Of a stretch of DNA of 64,000 nucleotides, positions 17,813 to 27,541 are shown piece by piece. The position numbers and the translations under genes were made by a program. This stretch comes from Bacteroidales bacterium (GTDB taxonomy: Bacteria; Bacteroidota; Bacteroidia; Bacteroidales; JAAYUG01), in the NCBI GenBank assembly GCA_012517825.1, contig JAAYUG010000028.1:667-64666 (forward strand). The letters run 5' to 3'. Under the pieces are notes generated by a model. The model made no database searches, was not told the origin of the DNA, and saw only the letters and a program-made list of their open reading frames with translations. Each line of letters begins with the position of its first letter. Within the stretch, counting starts at the first letter, position 1.

Positions 17813-19042
17813 TCAGAGGTTTGAATACTCGATCAGTTGGCGGCGGGTAATGAAGCGGACCGGATACCAGGCCGCCAGGTACCCTATGAGAAGAACGGTA
17901 AAAAAGACCAGAACGAAATCTGTAATCTTCATATAAACCGGATAGGTATCAATTACGAACGAACCGCTTCCCGGGAGAGTAATCCATCCGAAATGCATCT
18001 GACCGAGGCAGATCAGCATTCCGAAAATCAATCCCAGTAAGGCTCCGGTAAAGGCAATAAGCAATCCTTCGAGAAGAAAAATTTGCCGTATATCGCCCGG
18101 GGAAGCACCCATACCTGACAAAACGGCGATATCTTTCTTTTTGTCAAGAATCAGCATGGTGATGGATCCAACTATGTTGAAAGAAGCAATGATGAGAATG
18201 AAAGTGAGGATGAAGTAAATGGCCCACTTTTCTGATTTCATCACCTTATAGAAAAATTCCTGCTGCTGGTAACGGTCTTTTACATCAAATCCTTTTCCCA
18301 GAAGCGAGCTGACGTCTTTCCGGATGCGGTCAACCGGTATGGAAGGTGAGCATTTTAGTTCAAGGGCTGAAATTTCGGATCGGTATTCGAGGATTTCCTG
18401 CGCAAAGTCAAGAGGTACAAAGATATACCGTGAATCGAAATCCTGTTCAATCCGGAAAATACCGGCGGCAAAAACGGCCTTTCGCTGAAAGGCGCGTGTG
18501 GGATCATTCAGGGATACATTGGTGCGCCGGGGCACATAAATCCAGATAGGATCAATCAGTTTGACACCGATACCCATATAATAGGCGATACCCTGACCGA
18601 CAACCGCATAGGGAATATCTCCATGCCGCAGCATAAATTCTCCGTCATACATCATCTGATTGATGCCGCTTACCGAAGTGTAAGCCGAATCAACACCCTT
18701 GATGGTGGCGATGTATTGCTTGTCGCCGTATTTGAGGAGAGCATTTTCTTCCACTACCTGAGATATATAGAGAATGCCGGGTATTTTTGCCAGTTTTTCA
18801 AGAGGGAGGGAATCAGGCGAAAATACTTTTCCTTCCACGGCGGTGATTTTCAAATCAGGGTCGAATGAATTGAAGAGGCTTTTCACCAGGCGGTCAAATC
18901 CGTTAAAAACCGAAAGCACAATGATGAGGGCCATGGTTCCCACCATAACTCCTGTAACCGCAATCAGCGAAATGATATTGATTACATTCTGGGATTTTTT
19001 TGCCACCAGATACCGTCGTGCTATGTAAAACGGGAAGTTCAT
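17813..19042 (-). CDS. FtsX-like ABC transporter permease (LolC/LolE family)
   Basis: MNFPFYIARRYL..KKSQNVINIISLIAVTGV N-terminus, a large periplasmic loop and a C-terminal FtsX 3-TM bundle. Confidence 0.85.
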   Translation of the reverse strand: MNFPFYIARRYLVAKKSQNVINIISLIAVTGVMVGTMALIIVLSVFNGFDRLVKSLFNSFDPDLKITAVEGKVFSPDSLPLEKLAKIPGILYISQVVEENALLKYGDKQYIATIKGVDSAYTSVSGINQMMYDGEFMLRHGDIPYAVVGQGIAYYMGIGVKLIDPIWIYVPRRTNVSLNDPTRAFQRKAVFAAGIFRIEQDFDSRYIFVPLDFAQEILEYRSEISALELKCSPSIPVDRIRKDVSSLLGKGFDVKDRYQQQEFFYKVMKSEKWAIYFILTFILIIASFNIVGSITMLILDKKKDIAVLSGMGASPGDIRQIFLLEGLLIAFTGALLGLIFGMLICLGQMHFGWITLPGSGSFVIDTYPVYMKITDFVLVFFTVLLIGYLAAWYPVRFITRRQLIEYSNL

Positions 19043-19851
19043 TCCTTGTAAGCTTTAACGATAAGGCCTGTTCCCTGGCGATGCGAGGTATGGAGATCGG
19101 CGAAATTCAGAATAAGTGCAGGCAGGATCGTCAGAAGATACCAGAAGGGAAGAACAAGAAAGAAAAGGCGGGAGGTGTTCAGCATCATGACGGGATATTT
19201 CATGGAAAGTATCCAGGCAATATGGCCGGGGGTACCATAGGAATAAAATGCTTCCACGCGGGAAAAACCTGCAGAGCGGAGTTTTTCTGTAATTTCTTCC
19301 ATGTTGTAGCCGTTTCGCACATGTTCGTCAATAAAGGAAGGATCATCCGAATGCCGGGCATCACTGCCTCCTTTATCGGAAGGGGTTGAAATAAGAAGCA
19401 TGGAAGGCTTTTTCATTGCCCGGAAGAAGTTTCTGAAAACCTGTTCATCCTCAGCAATATGCTCCATTACGTCGATGGTAATTACCAGGTCATAGGCGTC
19501 CTGGTCAGGGAGGTGCACCAGGTCGGCTTCGCGGAAGCCTACCCTGTTTCCGAGCCCGCACCGGTTGAAAAAATTGCGGCAGTCGCTGATCTGTTCCGGT
19601 TTGACATCGATTCCGGTAATGGTCCATTCGGGAGCTATCCGGGCCATAAACCAGGAATACTGGCCAAAACCCGAGCCGGCATCGAGTACGTTTTTTCTGC
19701 CGTTTGACTGCCGGGCAAAACGTCTTATTTCGCGCCGCACGTACCAGGAGCGTAGCAGAAGAATATTCAGCAGGAAATAGAACAACTTCCGGAGCCAGGG
19801 GGCGCGGTTAAAAACCTTTCCAAGCGAGTGCTTGATGGGATCGTACTGCAT
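19039..19851 (-). CDS. Class I SAM-dependent methyltransferase with a hydrophobic C-terminal tail
   Basis: Motif I VLDAGSGFGQYS, motif post-I ITGIDV, then ...YDLVITIDVMEHI. Confidence 0.8.
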   Translation of the reverse strand: MQYDPIKHSLGKVFNRAPWLRKLFYFLLNILLLRSWYVRREIRRFARQSNGRKNVLDAGSGFGQYSWFMARIAPEWTITGIDVKPEQISDCRNFFNRCGLGNRVGFREADLVHLPDQDAYDLVITIDVMEHIAEDEQVFRNFFRAMKKPSMLLISTPSDKGGSDARHSDDPSFIDEHVRNGYNMEEITEKLRSAGFSRVEAFYSYGTPGHIAWILSMKYPVMMLNTSRLFFLVLPFWYLLTILPALILNFADLHTSHRQGTGLIVKAYKE

Positions 19852-19857
19852 GCAGGG

Positions 19858-20202
19858 CTATTTCTTTTTCAGAAGGTTATCAATCCGTTCGTAGTAATCG
19901 AGGCTGTCGTCGATAAAAAAGGATAATTCCGGAATAATCCGTACCTGGTGGCGAATAATTTGTCCGAGGTGAAAACGGATATTTTTGGCATTCTGGTTGA
20001 TGATTTCAAGGACTTCCTTTCCGGCCGCAGAGGGGAAAACGGAAATATACACCCGGGCTACGCTCAGATCGGGAGAAATCCGCACCACGGTAACCGTAAC
20101 CATACGCCCGTTGAACAGGCTGTTTGTTTGCTGCTGAAAATAGGTAGCCAGTTCTCGCTGGATGAGGCGTGCTACTTTTTGCTGGCGTGTACTCTCGGCC
20201 AT
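19858..20202 (-). CDS. rbfA: Ribosome-binding factor A
   Basis: RQQKVARLIQRELA... and ...VTVVRISPDLSVARVYISV.. are typical RbfA KH-like core motifs. Confidence 0.9.
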   Translation of the reverse strand: MAESTRQQKVARLIQRELATYFQQQTNSLFNGRMVTVTVVRISPDLSVARVYISVFPSAAGKEVLEIINQNAKNIRFHLGQIIRHQVRIIPELSFFIDDSLDYYERIDNLLKKK

Positions 20203-20205
20203 ATA

Positions 20206-20367
20206 TTAATTCATCAGGTTATAAATACGGGCCATCAGTCGGCTGACTCCGTTAATAACAGGGCATGCCTTCTTTTTTTCTTTCATCGCTTCAAAAAGGC
20301 GTGAAAAACGGTTGCGGGTTTCCTGCAACAATTTGCTCTGATGAACCGGAATTTCATTTGTAGCCAT
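20206..20367 (-). CDS. Possible small protein (53 aa) upstream of rbfA
   Basis: Internal ATG of the listed ORF 20206..20622 (MATNEIPVHQSKLLQETRNRFSRLFEAMKEKKKACPVINGVSRLMARIYNLMN). The stop lies 3 nt before the rbfA start. No recognisable family. Confidence 0.3.
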   Translation of the reverse strand: MATNEIPVHQSKLLQETRNRFSRLFEAMKEKKKACPVINGVSRLMARIYNLMN

Positions 20368-20444
20368 TGATGTATATGTGTTTACTGGTTTTGGGAAAAT
20401 TTCGGGAGGAGAGGAGGGTGTTGAAATGTGAGCCGTAAAAATAC

Positions 20445-20452
20445 TATTTTTG
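20445..20452 (+). promoter_or_regulatory. Bacteroidota-type -7 promoter box (TATTTTTG)
   Basis: Matches TAnnTTTG, 42 nt upstream of the trpS ATG at 20494. Confidence 0.45.
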
Positions 20453-20493
20453 CACAACTTTTTGTATGTCAAAGTCATTATAAAAGCTTGGTT

Positions 20494-21483
20494 ATGGAAG
20501 TTGTACTCAGCGGGATACGCAGCACAGGGAACCTGCACCTGGGAAATTACTTCGGTGCGGTAAAGAATTTTGTTGCTATGCAGAAGGATTACCGCTGTTA
20601 TTTCTTTATTGCCGATTACCATTCCTTAACGACCCATCCTACTCCGGTTGATCTGCATGAAAATGTCAAGGCGGTCCTTTCGGAATACCTGGCGGCGGGG
20701 CTGGATCCTGAGCTGTCGACTATTTACATACAAAGTGATGTTCCGGAGATTCCCGAGTTGTATCTCTTGCTGAATATGATTTCCTATGTGGGGGAACTGG
20801 AACGTACAACCACTTTTAAGGAAAAGGTGCGCAAGCAACCTGATAATGTGAATGCCGGCTTGCTTACGTATCCGGTACTGATGGCTGCCGACATACTTAT
20901 TCATAAGGCCAATAAGGTTCCGGTGGGAAAAGACCAGGAACCGCACCTTGAAATGGCTCGCAAATTTGCCCGCAGATTCAATCAGATGTACCATACGGAA
21001 TGTTTTCCTTTGCCGGATGCTTTCAATTGGGGAAAAGAGCTGATCAAGGTACCCGGTCTGGACGGAACCGGAAAAATGGGTAAGTCAGAAGGCAATGGAA
21101 TATTCCTGGCCGATACGGATGCGGAAATACGGAAAAAGGTAATGAGGGCTGTTACCGATACGGGTCCGGCAAATCCGGGTCAGCCAATGTCAGAGCCGGT
21201 GCGGAACCTTTTTTATATTATGGAGATTGTTTCATCTCCCGATACAGTTGCCTATTTCAGAGAGCAATATGAAACCTGCAGGATCCGTTACGGCGACATG
21301 AAGAAACAACTGGCCGAAGATATCATAAAGATTGTTGCACCTATCCGTGAACGGATTAATCAGATTCAATCGGACAACAATTATCTGAGAAAGGTGGCCC
21401 GCATGGGTGCCGAAAAAGCAAGGGAAAGTGCCTCGAAAACACTGGCAGAAGTAAGAAGCATCATCGGCTTTAAGCCATTCTGA
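20494..21483 (+). CDS. trpS: Tryptophan--tRNA ligase
   Basis: SGIRSTGNLHLGNY (HIGH-type motif), ...KMGKSEGN (KMSKS-type motif). ~330 aa. Confidence 0.92.
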   Translation: MEVVLSGIRSTGNLHLGNYFGAVKNFVAMQKDYRCYFFIADYHSLTTHPTPVDLHENVKAVLSEYLAAGLDPELSTIYIQSDVPEIPELYLLLNMISYVGELERTTTFKEKVRKQPDNVNAGLLTYPVLMAADILIHKANKVPVGKDQEPHLEMARKFARRFNQMYHTECFPLPDAFNWGKELIKVPGLDGTGKMGKSEGNGIFLADTDAEIRKKVMRAVTDTGPANPGQPMSEPVRNLFYIMEIVSSPDTVAYFREQYETCRIRYGDMKKQLAEDIIKIVAPIRERINQIQSDNNYLRKVARMGAEKARESASKTLAEVRSIIGFKPF

Positions 21484-21682
21484 TTCCATTCTTTTCTCTG
21501 GCAAAAGAAAAAGCAGGCTATGTAGCTGTTCTGCTTTTACTTTCACTCTCAGGCTGAAAAAATAAGTTTCATAAAATGACAACGTAGCCGGATAAAAGGC
21601 TATTTTGCGGCCAACAGAACTTTCTTCGGGTAATACGTTTTATATTCCTTAAACTTCGAGTAATTTTATCAGGGAAAAAGCT

Positions 21683-23635
21683 ATGATTGATCCTGCCACT
21701 ATTCAGCGGATATACGATGCCATCGATATTGTCGATGTGGTAAAGGATTATGTTTCCCTGAAGAAACGGGGAGCAAACTATCTGGGGCTGTGTCCGTTCC
21801 ATAACGAAAAAACACCCTCGTTCACTGTTTCAGCCAGCAAGGGAATTTTCAAATGTTTCGGCTGCGGCAAGGGAGGGAATGCGGTGAATTTTATTATGGA
21901 GCATGAGCATCTCTCTTATGCAGAGGCACTTCGACTTCTGGCAAAAAAGTACCACATCGAAATTGTTGAGAAAGCTCCATCGGAAGAAGATATCCGGCAG
22001 CAGAATGAAAGGGAGAGCCTGCTGGTAATCAGTGATTTTGCCGCCAGATTTTTTGCTGAGGCCCTGAGGAAAGACGCTGAGGGGAAGGCAGTAGGGCTGG
22101 CATACTTCAAGGAAAGAGGCATCAGGGACGATATGATTGAACGTTTTCAGCTGGGATACAGCCCTGAAAAACGAGACGCCTTTACCAGGAGGGCCCTTCA
22201 GGAAGGATACCAGCTGGAATACCTCATTAAATCGGGATTAACCATACAGCATGAGGGAGGGGAGCCTTTTGACCGTTTTCACGGAAGGGTGATGTTTCCC
22301 ATCCACAGTCTTTCGGGTAAGGTAATTGGCTTTGGCGGCCGGATCCTGCGTTCCGACAAAAACATAGCCAAGTACCTGAATTCGCCGGAATCAGAGATTT
22401 ACCATAAGAGCCAGGTTTTATACGGATTGTATCAGGCAAGGAAGGCGATTGAAAAAACAGGTAAAGTTTTTCTGGTTGAAGGATATACAGATGTTATCGC
22501 ATTGCATCAGTGCGGAATTGAAAATGTGGTTGCCTCAAGCGGCACTTCACTGACGGTTGAGCAGATCCGACTGATCAAACGTTTCACAAACAACATTACC
22601 ATTCTTTACGACGGGGATGAAGCCGGGATAAAGGCTTCGCTGCGTGGAATCGATATGGTGCTGGAAGAGGGGATGAACCTGAAGGTTTTGTTATTACCTG
22701 AAGGGGAAGATCCCGACTCGTATTCGCGCAAGGTGAGCATAACCGATTTCCAGGGTTTTATTGAAAGGAATGAGAGTGATTTCATTACCTTCAAGACCCG
22801 CCTCCTGATGAAGGATGCACAGAATGATCCTATCAAACGGGCCAATCTGATCAATGATGTTGTCAGGAGCATTGCTTCCATACCTGACCCGGTAACCCGG
22901 TCGGTTTACATACGGGAATGCTCCGTGATGCTGTCAACTGATGAACAGACTCTTTATTCCCAGGTAAACAGAATCAGGCGGGAAAAAAGTGTGCAAAAAA
23001 GTTTCAGGGAATATGGTATTCCGGAACCTCCGGCTGAGCTTCCTTCGTCACTTCCTGAGGTTAGGGTGTTTGATGAAGTAAAACCCAAGGAAAGGGAAAT
23101 CATCCGGCTGATTCTTAATTATCCGGAAAAAAAAGTATTGTATCTGAAGGAGCATGAAGATGATGAGCCGAAAGAAGTAACGATCAGTGAATTTTTCGTC
23201 AGGGAAATGAACCGGGATGAGATGCGGTTTAGCGATCCGGTGTATCAGAAGATATTTTCTATTGTGGAGGAGTATGTAGACCGTGGAGAACCTCTGGATG
23301 AAGCTGTTTTTTTGCGGTCATCAGATCCGGAACTGAGCCGTGTGGCAGCATCCCTTCTGGCGCCGATGCCGGAATTAAGTGCCATCTGGGCCAAGGAAGG
23401 CAGCATTCCTCCCACTGAAGAGGACAAGCTACCGGAGCTGGTTCCGAAAACTCTTCTGGCATTGAAAAACCAGATTGTGCTTGATGCCATCAAAGAGGCT
23501 CAGCAAAAATTAAGGCAGGCCCAGGAAACGGGAAATGCCGATGAGATCAATTTCTTCCAGCTCCGCATTGCAGAACTCAACAACTTTAAAAAGACCTTTT
23601 CAAAAGAACTGGGAGAACGTATTGTTATCCGATGA
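21683..23635 (+). CDS. dnaG: DNA primase
   Basis: Zinc finger CPFHNEKTPSF...FKCFGCGKGGN, TOPRIM core LVEGYTDVIAL...ILYDGDEAG. Confidence 0.95.
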   Translation: MIDPATIQRIYDAIDIVDVVKDYVSLKKRGANYLGLCPFHNEKTPSFTVSASKGIFKCFGCGKGGNAVNFIMEHEHLSYAEALRLLAKKYHIEIVEKAPSEEDIRQQNERESLLVISDFAARFFAEALRKDAEGKAVGLAYFKERGIRDDMIERFQLGYSPEKRDAFTRRALQEGYQLEYLIKSGLTIQHEGGEPFDRFHGRVMFPIHSLSGKVIGFGGRILRSDKNIAKYLNSPESEIYHKSQVLYGLYQARKAIEKTGKVFLVEGYTDVIALHQCGIENVVASSGTSLTVEQIRLIKRFTNNITILYDGDEAGIKASLRGIDMVLEEGMNLKVLLLPEGEDPDSYSRKVSITDFQGFIERNESDFITFKTRLLMKDAQNDPIKRANLINDVVRSIASIPDPVTRSVYIRECSVMLSTDEQTLYSQVNRIRREKSVQKSFREYGIPEPPAELPSSLPEVRVFDEVKPKEREIIRLILNYPEKKVLYLKEHEDDEPKEVTISEFFVREMNRDEMRFSDPVYQKIFSIVEEYVDRGEPLDEAVFLRSSDPELSRVAASLLAPMPELSAIWAKEGSIPPTEEDKLPELVPKTLLALKNQIVLDAIKEAQQKLRQAQETGNADEINFFQLRIAELNNFKKTFSKELGERIVIR

Positions 23636-23763
23636 GAAAATAGTGCAATATTTTAGCCGAAAACTATCGGAAGATTGCAGGAATCAAAAAAATTCCGTAT
23701 CTTTATTTGCGCAGGGAAGGGCAAATTGCGGTGAAAGGGATGAATTACTAACCCGGAAAACCG

Positions 23764-24456
23764 ATGAAAACAGACCTTCTGTCATACCTCACCCAGAGGT
23801 ACTATAAAGATGAACGCTCAAAGACCGAGCCGGGGCCGGTCATTACCATTTCGCGCGAATACGGCTGTCCGGCAAAGGATGTAGCGGCCAAACTTTCGGA
23901 TGCATTGAACAACAAGCTGATGGTGCGGGGGGAAAAACCCCTGTGGCGGTGGATCAGTAAGGAGATTCTCAATGAAGTAGCACGGGAACTGGAAATGGAT
24001 CCGGAGGAAATCAGGTATGTTTTTGAATATGAGAAGAAAGGTGTTTTTGACGACATTCTGAAATCGCACAGTCAGAAGTACTATAAGAATGACCGGAAGA
24101 TCAGGAATACCATCGGGAAGGTAATTCGTTCCCTTGGGGTTCAGGGGCACATTATTATTGTAGGGAGGGCTGGGGTTGTGATTACGAAGGATATTCCGCG
24201 CTCCCTGCATGTAAATCTTGAGGCTCCCCTTGAGTGGCGGGCTCTCCGGACCAGTGAAAAGAAATGCATGACCATTGAACAGGCCAGAAAATATGCCCTC
24301 GATATGGACCGGAAACGCAGGGAATTCAGGGAATATTATGCCGGCAAGAATACCGATTATACGCGGTATGATGTCACCTTTAACTGTATGACTCTGTCAG
24401 TTGATGAAATAGTGGATGCTCTGATGAAAATTGCTGAACTCAGAAAACTGATTTAG
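23764..24456 (+). CDS. Cytidylate kinase-like family protein
   Basis: [24 protein letters not shown]-terminus and ...[10 protein letters not shown]..., as in the 'cytidylate kinase-like' family. Confidence 0.7.
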   Translation: MKTDLLSYLTQRYYKDERSKTEPGPVITISREYGCPAKDVAAKLSDALNNKLMVRGEKPLWRWISKEILNEVARELEMDPEEIRYVFEYEKKGVFDDILKSHSQKYYKNDRKIRNTIGKVIRSLGVQGHIIIVGRAGVVITKDIPRSLHVNLEAPLEWRALRTSEKKCMTIEQARKYALDMDRKRREFREYYAGKNTDYTRYDVTFNCMTLSVDEIVDALMKIAELRKLI

Positions 24457-25718
24457 AGTCTGAATTCTTTTCTGAGCAGGTCAACATAATCAAGTTTTTC
24501 CCAACCAAAGAATTCGACTTCTTTAAATACTTTTTCCGGATTTCCGTTGTTGGCATTGGGATAAACATAAGTAAAATCTTTCCGGTAGGGACGGCCCATG
24601 TGCCCATAGGCAGCAGTTTCGGAGAAAATAGGATTTTTCAGTCCGAAGCGTTTCACAATGGCATAGGGCCTCATATCAAACAGGTGGTTGATTTTTTCGG
24701 CTATCTGGCTGTCGCTCATTTTGATATGGGAAGTGCCGAAGGTATTGACGTAGAGACCAACGGGTTCAGCCACGCCGATGGCATAGGCAACCTGAATCAG
24801 CACTTCGTCGGCGATTCCGGCGGCGACCATATTTTTGGCAATGTGGCGCGCGGCATAAGCTGCTGAGCGGTCAACCTTGGAGGAATCTTTGCCCGAAAAA
24901 GCACCTCCCCCGTGGGCGCCGCGGCCCCCGTAAGTGTCAACAATAATTTTCCGTCCGGTTAACCCGGTATCGCCATGTGGGCCACCAATGACAAATTTCC
25001 CTGTAGGATTGACAAGTAAAATGTAATCGTCGTGAAAAAGTTTCTGAATCCGCTGGGGAAGTCTTGCCATAACCCTGGGAATTAATATGTTGCGCACATC
25101 ATTCCATATAGTGGCATGCATTTCCTTTTCCCCGGCAAATTCATCGTGCTGGGTTGAAACAACAATTGTATGAATACGGTTAGGAGTTTTGTCGTCATTG
25201 TATTCAACGGTAACCTGGCTTTTGGCGTCCGGACGGAGATAGGTCATTTCATGCCCTTCGCGTCTGATAGCAGAGAGTTCCTGGAGAATGACATGTGCCA
25301 GTTCAATGGGCAGGGGCATGTATTCGTCTGTTTCGGTACAGGCGTATCCGAACATCATTCCCTGGTCGCCGGCACCCTGTTCTTCTTCCTTTTCGCGCAC
25401 CACTCCCTGCCGGATATCGGGTGACTGCTCGTGAATGGATGAGATAATTCCGCAGGCGTCGGCATCAAACATGTACTCGGCTTTGGTATAACCGATGCGC
25501 CGGATAACCTCCCTGGCCAGGCTCTGAACATCAACGTAAGCCCGGGTGCGGACTTCACCGCTCAAAACAACAAGCCCTGTAGTGACCAGCGTTTCGCAAG
25601 CCACTTTTGATTCAGGATCGTAGCGCAGAAATTCATCCAGCAGGGCATCAGAAATCTGATCGGCAATTTTGTCAGGATGTCCCTCAGATACACTCTCGGA
25701 AGTAAAAAGATACGGCAT
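24453..25718 (-). CDS. metK: Methionine adenosyltransferase (SAM synthetase)
   Basis: [41 protein letters not shown]. Confidence 0.97.
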   Translation of the reverse strand: MPYLFTSESVSEGHPDKIADQISDALLDEFLRYDPESKVACETLVTTGLVVLSGEVRTRAYVDVQSLAREVIRRIGYTKAEYMFDADACGIISSIHEQSPDIRQGVVREKEEEQGAGDQGMMFGYACTETDEYMPLPIELAHVILQELSAIRREGHEMTYLRPDAKSQVTVEYNDDKTPNRIHTIVVSTQHDEFAGEKEMHATIWNDVRNILIPRVMARLPQRIQKLFHDDYILLVNPTGKFVIGGPHGDTGLTGRKIIVDTYGGRGAHGGGAFSGKDSSKVDRSAAYAARHIAKNMVAAGIADEVLIQVAYAIGVAEPVGLYVNTFGTSHIKMSDSQIAEKINHLFDMRPYAIVKRFGLKNPIFSETAAYGHMGRPYRKDFTYVYPNANNGNPEKVFKEVEFFGWEKLDYVDLLRKEFRL

Positions 25719-25745
25719 CAGTAAAAGTTTATAGTCTCAGGAGGG

Positions 25746-25753
25746 CAAATTTA
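25746..25753 (-). promoter_or_regulatory. Bacteroidota-type -7 promoter box (TAAATTTG on the minus strand)
   Basis: Plus-strand CAAATTTA, 28 nt upstream of the metK ATG (25718). Confidence 0.45.
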
Positions 25754-25773
25754 GTTTTTTCATTGAAAAAAAG

Positions 25774-25847
25774 TGGGCCCAGTTGGGATCGAACCAACGA
25801 CCCTCTGATTATGAGTCAGATGCTCTAACCGTCTGAGCTATGGGCCC
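25774..25847 (-). tRNA. tRNA with CAT anticodon (elongator Met, or Ile2 if lysidine-modified)
   Basis: The reverse complement GGGCCCATAGCTCAGACGGTTAGAGCATCTGACTCATAATCAGAGGGTCGTTGGTTCGATCCCAACTGGGCCCA folds as a 74-nt cloverleaf. Acceptor stem GGGCCCA/TGGGCCC, anticodon stem TCTGA/TCAGA, loop CT-CAT-AA, T stem GTTGG/CCAAC. No initiator signatures and no encoded CCA. Confidence 0.93.
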
Positions 25848-26007
25848 TGAATATCAGGTTCCGGCTGTTCCGGAAAGAAAAACCGGCTTCTGAAAAAGGA
25901 CTGCAATATTATCAAAATTTTGCGGAAATTTTAATAACGTGATGAATTTTTATGCTCTGATCAGTTTTCATCTCCGGGATAAGTAGTAACTTTATGGCAG
26001 AAGCAAG

Positions 26008-26787
26008 ATGGATATGCCGGACAATACACAATACAATTACGGTTTTGTTTTAAGCGGTGGTGCTGCCAGAGGCTTTGCCCATCTGGGCGTAGCCAAAGCA
26101 CTTGAAGAGGAAGGCATTCGTCCCGATATACTTTCGGGTGCCAGTGCAGGTTCCATTGTAGGGGCTTACCTGGCTGACGGATATTTGCCCGAGGAAATTC
26201 TTGAAATATTTCTTACCCGGAAGCTTTTTCAGTTTGTGCAGTTTACCCTTCCCCACCTTGGTTTTTTGTCGCTGGAAGGCCTGGAAGAGGTACTTGAAGA
26301 AACCCTGCATGCAAAAACATTTGAGGACCTGAAGATTCCCCTGTATATATCAGCCACTAACTGTAACAAAGGAAAGATTGTGTACTTTCACAAGGGGCCT
26401 CTGATTCAGTGTATTCTGGCTTCTTCCAGTATTCCTATAGTATTTCAGCCCCGGATCATCAACAAACAGTATTATGTTGACGGGGGCGTGATGGATAATT
26501 TACCGGTAAAGCCTCTTCAGGGGAAATGCAAAAAACTGGTAGGTGTCTGGATCAATCCCATCGGAGAAGAGAAAGAAATCAAGGGAATGGTTCATCTGGC
26601 CGAGCGAACCTTTCATCTTGCCATGGCCGGGCAGGTCGAGATGAAAAAGCCTTTTTTCGATATATTCATTGAGCCACCGGAACTGTATAAGTACGGACTG
26701 ATGGATATCAAAAAGGGCCGGGAGATGTTCGAAACAGGTTACAAAACGGCTAAAGAAGTCCTTGCCGGAATACAAAGAGGCGATTGA
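26008..26787 (+). CDS. Patatin-like phospholipase
   Basis: GFVLSGGAARGFAHLG (oxyanion G-G-G-x-R-G), GASAGS (GxSxG nucleophile), and the DGG motif in YYVDGGVMDNLP. Confidence 0.9.
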   Translation: MDMPDNTQYNYGFVLSGGAARGFAHLGVAKALEEEGIRPDILSGASAGSIVGAYLADGYLPEEILEIFLTRKLFQFVQFTLPHLGFLSLEGLEEVLEETLHAKTFEDLKIPLYISATNCNKGKIVYFHKGPLIQCILASSSIPIVFQPRIINKQYYVDGGVMDNLPVKPLQGKCKKLVGVWINPIGEEKEIKGMVHLAERTFHLAMAGQVEMKKPFFDIFIEPPELYKYGLMDIKKGREMFETGYKTAKEVLAGIQRGD

Positions 26788-27527
26788 CCGTGAATCATTT
26801 TTTTATTGGTACTTCAGGCTGGACTTACGGGCACTGGAAGGGGAATTTTTATCCTGCCGACCTGCCTGTATCGCAGTGGTTTTCTTTTTATTGTTCCCGT
26901 TTTAATGCTGTTGAGATAAATGCCACTTTTTATCGTCGTTTTCAGGATACAACCTACCTTAAGTGGTATGAGAAAACTCCACCCGGTTTTTGCTTTGTTC
27001 TGAAGGTTCCAAAGATTATTACGCATCGGAAATATATTCAGGATTGCTTTGACGAAATCAGGGAGTTTTCCCGTCAGGCGATGTTGCTGAAGGAAAAACT
27101 GGGATGTATACTGTTACAGTTGCCTCCCGGCTTGAAAAGGGACAAGGAACGCCTGGAAAAAGCCCTGGATGCTTTCTCCGGGCCAATACGGCTGGCGGTT
27201 GAATTCCGCCATGCAAGCTGGTATGATGACGCTGTAACAGAATTGTTGTATCATCGGGGTATTTCATTTGTCAATGCAGACTCCCCGAAAAAGGCCATTG
27301 ATTTCGATCTGAAAACCGCTTTCCCATACCTCCGGTTTCACGGGCGGACCGGTTGGTATAATTCTGACTATACCGAAGAAGAACTCCGGAAAGTAGCCGC
27401 ATATCTTGCGGGTTTTGCCTTACGCAGGGATCAGCCGTGTTTTGCGTTCTTCAATAATGATTTCGGGGGCTTTGCTCCCAGGAATGCCCTCCGGCTGATT
27501 GAGCTAACCGGTGAAAACCAGGTTTAA
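26784..27527 (+). CDS. DUF72 family protein
   Basis: IGTSGWTYGHWKGNFYP...NATFYR...FCFVLKVP...LLQLPP... is the characteristic DUF72 pattern. Confidence 0.85.
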   Translation: MTVNHFFIGTSGWTYGHWKGNFYPADLPVSQWFSFYCSRFNAVEINATFYRRFQDTTYLKWYEKTPPGFCFVLKVPKIITHRKYIQDCFDEIREFSRQAMLLKEKLGCILLQLPPGLKRDKERLEKALDAFSGPIRLAVEFRHASWYDDAVTELLYHRGISFVNADSPKKAIDFDLKTAFPYLRFHGRTGWYNSDYTEEELRKVAAYLAGFALRRDQPCFAFFNNDFGGFAPRNALRLIELTGENQV

Positions 27528-27541
27528 ATAATTTTTCAGGG

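Noticed and set aside
20368-20622. The long (138-aa) version of the minus-strand ORF 20206..20622.
   Set aside because: Its 5' part runs through the trpS promoter and start region and has an implausible sequence. Only the 53-aa C-terminal portion is kept, at low confidence.
25719-25773. SAM riboswitch in front of metK.
   Set aside because: Only ~55 nt separate metK from the tRNA gene, and this stretch already contains the -7 box. That is too short for a SAM-I/SAM-II aptamer plus expression platform, and no conserved aptamer motifs are seen.
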